Assembly: GCF_009914755.1 (NCBI RefSeq)
Contig: NC_060945.1
Length of the DNA stretch: 64,000 nucleotides
Strand: one strand, 5' to 3'
Origin: the human T2T-CHM13v2.0 reference genome, Homo sapiens
Shown here: positions 55,428 through 64,000 of the stretch, in pieces
How positions within the stretch are numbered: position 1 is the first letter of the stretch
Layout of the letters: each line of letters begins with the position of its first letter
Notes under the pieces: generated by a model
Databases searched by the model: none
What the model saw: the letters and a program-made list of their open reading frames with translations, nothing else
What the model was told of the DNA's origin: nothing
Made by a program: the position numbers and the translations under genes

Positions 55428-58400
55428 TTCATGAGAACCGAAAATCAGGTGAACAGTTGTAGTACTTGGTTTTAACTTCATATTGCTGAAAGAGTCACTG
55501 AAGTGATAGAAAAAAATAGTCCTGAATAAACAACACCAACAAACCTCCACCACCCTCAGCAGCCTTGACATGGTGTCGAGAGCTTCTCTGGGAGCTGGAG
55601 GAGAGAGAACATAGCAATTTTGAGGCAGTGAACTCAGTCCTGACCTGTTAGAGCAGAAAGGAAAACAAGACCTAATTCAACTGACACCCACCCACAGAGG
55701 GACAATTTAAACCAGCCCTAGCCAGAAAGGAATCACCGATTCCAGCGGTACAAACTTGAGTGCCTGCAAACCTCACCAGTGAGGACCAAAGTGCTCTGTG
55801 TCTCCCAGTAAACTTGAAAAAACTTATGAAACTCTAGGCCATAAGGACTGCAACTCTTAGGAGAGTCCTAGCGCTGAACTGGGCCAAGAGACAGTGGACT
55901 GGTGTCAGGTGGGGAGGAATGTGACATACAGATACACCAGCTGGGGTGGCCAAAGGAGTGCTGTCATCTTCCCTCCCCTAACCCCAGCCTGCACAGCTTG
56001 TGGCTCCAAAAGAGACCTCTTTATTCTGATTGACGAGAGGAAAGGAAAGAGTAAGGAGGACTTGGATACTAGCTCAGCCACAGCAAGATAGGGCAACTGT
56101 TAGAGTTGTGAGGACTTTGTTCCATGTCTTATCTCCCAAACGGTGTTTCTATAATAGACAAACTCTGGGCCAGATGAGAACACACTGGCTTTCATGAAAG
56201 GACCCAGTCCTGGCAGCATTCATCAATGGCTAACTAAAGAGCCCTTGGGCCCTGAATAATCCACAGTGATACCCAGGTACTACGTCAAGGGCTTTGATAA
56301 GCCTCTGATACTTTGCTGGGTCCAAATAATAGCACAGCCATGGGGGTAAAGCATGAAGTGGGGTCGTAGGGTCTGCCAATCCAGGACCTTACTCTTGCAT
56401 GCCATTTCTGGACCTGCTGTGGGTCACTGTCCTGAAATGTGATTGCAGGCCAGGCAGCATTCACCACAAGCTAACTTAAGAGCACCTCAGCCTCAGGGGA
56501 ACATTGTTGTAGTCTAGCAGTACTCCTTGTGGTCTGGGGTGGTGGTGGCTACAGGGTGAGGCTCCTCTGCCTTTGGAAATGGGAGGGAAGAGGGGGAAGA
56601 ACTGAATCTTGTGGTCTGAGTGCCAGATCAGCCACAGTACCATAGAACACCAGGTAGACTTCTAAGGTTTTAGACCTCTAGTCTCTGACTCCTAGACAGC
56701 ACCTCTGGACCCACCTGGGGCAAGGGGGACCTTGCTTCCCTGAAGGGAAGGATGCAGGCCTGACTGGCTTTGCCTCCTGCTGATTGTAGAGCCCTAAAGC
56801 CTTGAGCGAGCATAGGCAGTAGCCAGGGAGAGGTTACAACAGGCCTTAGGTGAGACTCTGTGCTGTGGTGGCTTGAGGTCTAAAACAGCACAGCCATACT
56901 GCTGATGGCCACAGGAGTGCTTGTGTCACTCTTCTCCCAGCTTTATGCGGTCAGAAAATAGAGTGAGACTGTGTTTGGGAGAAAGTAAGGGAAGAGAACA
57001 AGAGTCTCTGCCTGGTAATACAGATAATTTTCCCCGAACTTGTCCAAGACTATCAAGGCATTACCTCTATGAGTCTGCAAGAACCTCAACATTACTGGGC
57101 TTTGGGTCCCTCTAAAGCAAATACAACTTAGATCACAATACCCAAGGTTTTTCAAATATCTGGAAAGCCTTCCTAAGTAGGATGGATACAAATAAGCCCA
57201 AACAGTGAAGAATGCAATTAATACCTAACTCTTTAATACCCAGACACTGAAGAACATCTAATAGCATTAACACCATCCGGGAAAGCATGACCTCACCAAA
57301 TGAACTAAATAAGACCCCAGAGACCAATCCTAGAGAAATAGAAATATGTGAACTTTCAGACAGAGAATTCAAAATAGTTGTGTTGAGGAAACTAAAAAAA
57401 ATCAAGATGACACAGAGTTGGAATTCATAATTCTATCAGATCAATCTAACAGAGATTGAAATAATTACAACGAATCAAGTAGAAATTCTGGAGCTGAAAA
57501 ATGCAGCAGGCATATTGAAGAATGCATTAGAGTCCTTTAATAGCAGAATTGTTCAAGCAGAAGAAATAGTCAGCTTGAAGACAAGCTACTTGAAAATACA
57601 CAGAGGAGAAAAAAAGAATAAAAAAAATGAAGCATGCCTACAGGATCTAGAAAATAGCCTCAAAATGAAAATCAAGAGTTATTGTCCTTAAAAAGGAGAT
57701 AGAGAAAGAGATAGGTGTAGAAAGTTTATGCAAAGGGATAATAGGAACTTCCTAAACCTAGAGAAAAATATCAATATCTAACCGCAGGAAAGTTATAGAA
57801 CACAAAAGATTTCCCTAAAGAAGGTACTACATCAAGGGCTTTGGTAAGCCTCTGAGACTTGCTGCGTCCAAATAATAGCACAGGCATTTAATACCTCAAG
57901 GCATTTAATACTGAAACTCCCAATGGTCAAGGATAAAAAAGCAAAAAACTAAATCATATCACCAGAGAAAATCACCCTCACTGAAGGAAGACAGGAAGGA
58001 TAGAAAGAAGGAAGAGAAGACCACAGAACAACCAGAAAACAACAAAATGGTAGTAGTAAGTCCTAACTTATGAATAATAACATTGAATATAAATGGACTA
58101 AACTCTCCAATCAAAAGACATAGACTGGCTGAATGGATAACAAAAATAAGACCCATTGATCTGTTGCCTACAAGAAACATACTTCATCTATAAAGACTCA
58201 CATAGACTGAAAACAATATTCCATGCCAACTGAAACCAAAAAAAAAAAAAAAACAGGAGTCACTATACTTATGTCAAACAAAATAGATTTCAAAACAAAA
58301 ACTATAAGAAAAGACAAAGAAGGTTAATATATAATGACAAATGTGTAAATTCAGCAGGAGGATATAATAATTTAAATATATATGCACCCAACATGGGAGA

Positions 58401-61400
58401 ACCCAGATACATAATGGAAATATTATTAGAGCTGAAGAGAGAGGTCCCATCACAATAATAGCTGGAGACTTCAACACCCAACTTTCAGCATTGGACAAAT
58501 GTTTCAGACAGAAAATCAACAAAGAAACTTCAGATGTAATCTGCACTATAGATCTAATGGATCTGGTAGATGTTTATAGAACATTTCATCCAATGGCTGC
58601 AGAATACACATTCTTTTCCTCAGCACATGGATCATTTTCAAGGATATATTATATACTATGTTACAAAGCAAATGTTAAAATATTTAAAAAATTAATATCA
58701 AGCATCCTCTCTGACCACAATGCAACAAAACTAGAAATTAATAATGAGGACTTTTTGAAAGTATAAAAATACATGGAAATTAAAGAATATGCTCCTGAAT
58801 GACCAGTGTGTCAATGAAGAAATTCAGAAGGAAATTTAAAAACTTCTTGAAACAAATGATAATGGAAGCACAAAATACAAAAACCTATGGGATATAGCAA
58901 AAGCAGTAGTAAGAGGGAAGTTTATAGCTATAGGAGCCTCCATCAAAAAAAGAGGAAAAACTTCAAATATGCAATCTAATGATAAATCATAAAGAATGGA
59001 AAAGCAAGAGCAAACCAAACACAAAATTAGTAGAAGAAAATAAATAATGGAGAACAGAGCAGAAATAAATGAAATTGAATTAAAAAATACAAAAGGCCAA
59101 TGAAACAATAAGTTGCTTTATTAAAAAGTTAAACAAAATTTACAAAGCTTTAGACAGACTAAGAAACAAAGAAGATACAAGTAAATACAGTTATAAATGA
59201 AAAAAGAGACATTACAACCAATACTGATGAGCAACTATATGCCAATAAATTGGAAAATCTAGAAGAAATAGACGAATTCCTATATACATACAACCTACAC
59301 ATAAACAAAATTTAATGACATTTTTCACAGAAATAGAAAAAACTTTCTAAAATTTATATAGAACCCCAAAAGACTCAGAATAGCCAAAGCTGTCCTAAGC
59401 AAAAAGAACAAAACTGGACAAATCACATTACCTGACTTCAAATTATACTACAGAGCTATAGTAACCAAAACAGCATGGTACAGGAAGAAATCCAAAACCT
59501 GAACAGACCAACAACAAGTAATGAGGTGAAAGCCATAATAAAAATCCTCCATAAAGAAAAGCTTGGAACCTGATGGCTTCACTGCTGTATTCTACCAAAC
59601 ATTTAAAGAAGAGCTAATCCCAGTCCTACTCAAACTAATTCAAAAAATAGAGGAGAAAAGAATATTTCCAAGCTCATTCTACAAGGCCAGTATTACTTTG
59701 ATACCTAAAACAAAGACACATAAAAAAAGTATCTGATGAATATTGATGCAAAAATCCTCAGCAAAATACTAGCAGCCAAATTCAACAACACATTAGACAA
59801 ATCATTCATCATGACAAAGTGGGATTTTTCCTTGGGTCAACATATAAAATCAATGTGATACATCATATCAACAAAGTGAAGCATAAAAACCATATGATCA
59901 TTTCATTTGATGCTGAAAGAGCATTTGATAAAATTTAACATCCGTTCATGATAAAAACACTCAAAAAACTGGGAATAGAAGGAATATATGTCAAAATAAT
60001 AGAAGCCATATACGACAGACCTACAGCTAGTGTCATACTGAATGTGGAAAAATTGAAAGTGTTTCCTCTAAGATCTGGAACACTACAAGGATGCCTACTG
60101 TCACCACTGTTATTCAACTTAATAATCAAAGTACCAACTAGAACAATAAGACAAGAGAAAGATCTAAGTGACATCCAAATTGGAAAGGAAGAAGTCAAAT
60201 TATCCTTGTTTTTAGATGACATGGTCATATATTTGGAAAAACCTAGAGACTTCACAAGAAAACTGTCAGAACTGATAAATTCAGTAAAGTTGCAAGATAC
60301 AAAATCAACATACAAAAATCAGTAGCATTTTTATATGTCAGCAGTGAAGAATGTGAAAAATAAAAAATATCCCATTTGCAATAGCTGCACATGAAATTAA
60401 ATACCTAGGAATTAACCAAAGAAGTGAAATGTATCTATAATGAAAACTTTGTAAACACTGATGAAAAAAATTTAAGAGGACATCAAGAAATGGAAAAATA
60501 TTGTATGTTCATGGATTGGAAGAATCAATATTTTTAAAATGTCCATATTACCCAAAGCAATCTACAGATTCAGTGCAATCCCTATCAAAATTTAATGACA
60601 TTTTTCACAGAAATAGAAAAAACTTTCTAAAATTTATATGGAACCACAAAAGACTCATAATAGCCAAAGCAAAAAGAATAAAACTGGACAAATCACATTA
60701 CCTGACTTCAAATGATACTATAGAGCTATATTAACCAAAACATCATGATACTGGTGTACACACAGATACATAGACCCATGGAACAGAATAGAGAACCCAA
60801 AAACAAATCCACACAACTACAGTGAACCCATTTTCAACAAAAGTGCCAAGAATATACAATAGGGAAAAGACAGTCTGTTCAATAAATGGCGCTGGGGAAA
60901 CTGGATATCCATATGCAGAAGAACAAAACTTGACCCCTGTCTCTCACCAAACACAAAAATCCAATCAAAATGGATTAAACACTTAAATCTAAGACCTCAA
61001 CTTATGAATCTACTACAAGAAATCATTGGGGAAAATCTCCAGGACATTCACCTGGGCATAATTTTTTGAGCAATACCCCACAAGCACAGGCAACCAAAGC
61101 AAACGTAGACAAGTGGGATCACATCAAATTAAAAGCCTTCTGCACATCAAAGGTTACAATCAACAAAGTGATGAGATAACCAACAGAATGGGAGAAAATA
61201 TTTGTAAACTACCTGACAAGGGATTAACCAGAATATATATGGAGCTCAAATAATTCTATAGAAAAAATATAATTATCTAATCAAAAAATGGGCAAAAGAT
61301 TTGAATACACATTTACCAAAAGAAGATACACAAATGGCAAACAGATATATGAAAAGGTGCTCAATGTCATGGATCATCAGATAAATGCAAATGAAAACTA

Positions 61401-62269
61401 CAATGAGATATCTTCTCACTCTGATTAAAATGGCTTATATCCAGAAACTATGCAATAAGAAATGCTGACAAGGACGTATAGAAAAGGGAACCTTTGTACA
61501 CTCTGAGTGGGGAGGTAAAATAGTAAAATAGCAATGGAGAACAGTTTGGAGGTTCATCTAAAAAGCTAAAAGTCTAGCTACTCTATGATTCAACAATCCC
61601 ACTCCTGGGCATATACCCAAAAGAAAGGAAATCAGTACAACAAAGAGATCTCTGCACTCCTATGTTTGTTGCAGCACTGTTACAATAACTAAGATTTGGA
61701 AGCAACCTAAGTGTCCATCAACAGATGAAATGGATAAAGAAAATATACACAGTTGGGTACTATTCAGCCCTAAAAAAAATGAGATCCAGTCATTTGCAAC
61801 AGCATGGATGGAAGTGGAGATCATTGTGTTAAGTGAAATAAGCCAGCATAGAAAGATAAACATCACATGTTCTCACTTATTTGTGGGATCTAAAAATCAA
61901 AACAATTGAACTCAAGGACATAGATAATAGAAGAATGGTAACCAGATGATGGGAAGTATAGTGAGGTGGGGCGTGGTAAGGATGGTTAATTGGTAAAAGA
62001 AATAGAAAGAATGAATAAGACCTACTATTTGATAGTCCAACAGGGTGAGTATAGTTAATACCAACTTAATTGTACATTTTAAAATAACTTAAAAAGTGTA
62101 ATTGGATTGTGACTCAAAGGATAAATGCTTGAGGGAATGAATACCCCATTTTCTTGAAGTGCTTTTTTCACATTGCATGCCTGTATCAAAACATCTCATG
62201 TACCCCACAAATACATACACCTACTATGTACCCCAAAACTTAAAAATTTAAAAATTAAAAATTAAAAAA
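55297..62269 (+). mobile_element. Near full-length, inactive L1MA (L1MA2/3-like), sense to NCAM2
   Basis: 5' end gcaaaatggcagaatagaaggctccacc; long 5'UTR; broken ORF1 and ORF2 (endonuclease and RT fragments in ORFs 58491-58766 and 59948-60325, with SLFLDDM in place of FADDM); L1MA 3' end; TSD aatctaga at 55289-55296 and 62270-62277. Confidence 0.9.
55386..55424. repeat. (CA)n microsatellite (~19 units) in the L1 5'UTR
   Basis: Read directly from the sequence. Confidence 0.95.
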
Positions 62270-62835
62270 AATCTAGAAACTTAACACTATTCTCACTGTA
62301 AAATAAATGATTAAGATAGTAAATAAATATTTTCAGAGTTCATCTTCAATGATAATGGGTTAAAGTTTTAATAACTGTAACTCACTAACTACGATGTGTT
62401 CCTAATTGTTTTTATTTTATTATTGGGCACAATTTTATACTACAATCCAGGACAGCTTCAAATAGTGATAGAATTATATTATTTCACATAAATGCTACTG
62501 GGAAAAAAATTATGCCTTTTATATGAAATTTCTCATATTCTACTGGTTTCTGATGCTAATAACCCTTCCTTGCTTTGAGGAAGATATTGAACTGTTGAAC
62601 TGTGCATATGAATACAGCACAAAATAGCTTTGCATAATGTGATATCCTTCAAAAACAACAGAATTCACACTGGTTAAAAACAGAGCTATTTTAAACTAGT
62701 GACTATTGTTATCTGTCATCCAAAGCATTTTATGTACATGTAAAATAATATATGCAATTTTTAAAACTGTTCAGATCAATTTCAGATATACATATAAGCG
62801 TATCTATTTTCCTTAGAAATGTTTTCTAATATCTA

Positions 62836-63174
62836 GGTCGGGTGCGGTGGCTCACGCCTGTAATCCTAGCACTTTGGGAGGCCGAGGCAGGTGGATCACG
62901 AGGTCAGGAGATGGAGACCATCATGGCTAACAGGGTGAAACCCCGTCTCTAGTAAAAATACAAAAAAAAAAAAAAAAAGGAGAGAAAAGAAAAAAAATTA
63001 GCCAGGCGTGGTGGCGGGTGCCTGTAGTCCCAGCTACTCCGGAGGCTGAAGCAGAATGGCGTGAACGCGGGAGGCGGAGGTTGCAGTGAGCTGAGATCCT
63101 GCCACTGCACTCCAGCCTGGGAGACAGAGAGAGCGAGACTCTGTCTCAAAAAAAAAAAAAAAAAAAAAAAAAAA
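62836..63174 (+). mobile_element. AluY-like element with an expanded middle A-rich linker
   Basis: gagaccatcatggctaaca and gaatggcgtgaac Y-type motifs; flanking repeat ttttctaatatc. Confidence 0.93.
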
Positions 63175-63759
63175 GAAACTTTTCTAATATCCAATATAAT
63201 TTCAAGATAATTTTTCTCTATTTTATTGAGTTAGTTGTCACTAACTTTTAATTATTAGTTTATTTTAAATTTCTAGGCAATTTATTTTAGTGATAACTCA
63301 AATATTATTGGCGATATTTCCATTAAAATATAATTGATGTACAGTAGTAGGGCTATCCAAAAATAAATCAACAGCTTAAACTTTTCATAGAAATTTGGCA
63401 TTTTCTTAAGATGCACTTGTGTTTACAAATTGGAAACCCTGACCTCTTTATTTAATTAATGTTGTGTACTTAATTGTAATATTTAAATGTATATAATAAA
63501 GCTTAAGACAAACCAAAGCTCTTTCCACAGAATATGAAATAGCCATAAGTCAAAATTTTGAATTATCTTGTACATACTAAGCAATATATTGTTTTTATTA
63601 AAAACTTTTCTTTATTAAATTAAACCATGCTTTTTTTCAAAGCCTTGATCTGAGATATATGTGAGATTGTATGTTCAAAGTGTTTTAACATAATTTTGTC
63701 ACATAACAAACACCTACTAAATATTGCCACTTTATATAAACATCTCTCATCTATTTATT

Positions 63760-64000
63760 CATTTGTTTGTTTCTGTTTTGTTTTGTTTTGTTTTGTTAGA
63801 CAGAGTCTAGCTCTGTTGCCCAAGCCAGAGTGCAGTGGCACGATCTCGGCTCACTGGAACCTCTCCCTACCAGGTTCCAGTGATTCTCCCGCCTCAGCCT
63901 CTGGAGTTGCTAGGATTACAGGCACACGCCATCACGCCCGGCTAATTTTTTTATTATTATTACTAGAGACAGGGTTTCACCATATAGGCCAGGCTGGTCT
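63760..64000 (-). mobile_element. AluS, cut by the window edge, with (TTTTG)n tail
   Basis: Antisense right arm, linker and start of the left arm. Confidence 0.9.

Noticed and set aside
55297-62269. Possible active L1
   Set aside because: Many stops, frameshifts, deletions and internal duplications; old subfamily.

Overview
AT-rich, repeat-dense primate (human-like) genomic DNA from inside the NCAM2 gene (neural cell adhesion molecule 2), + strand. Four GT-AG coding exons (3996-4133, 36271-36388, 47537-47697, 50421-50566; 138/118/161/146 nt; probably exons 5-8, numbering from memory) splice in frame. They encode the second half of Ig2, all of Ig3 and the first half of Ig4. The rest is intron, filled with L1, Alu, L2/MIR, MaLR LTRs, Tigger/MER2/MADE1/MER58 DNA transposons and microsatellites. 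Nearly all ORFs in the supplied track are spurious (repeat-derived or antisense shadows). I see no new gene or multi-gene system. The unusual content is structural: (i) several short insertions copied from nearby DNA, including a ~93% identical copy of the exon-8 acceptor and 5' end placed 2.7 kb downstream, which could act as an in-frame terminal exon for a secreted Ig1-3 isoform; (ii) an Alu with a twin-priming-type 5' inversion; (iii) an AluY that appears to have inserted together with ~115 nt of 3' flanking DNA; (iv) nested 5'-inverted L1s. Repeat subfamily names come from recalled consensus motifs, not from a database search, and boundaries of old elements are approximate.
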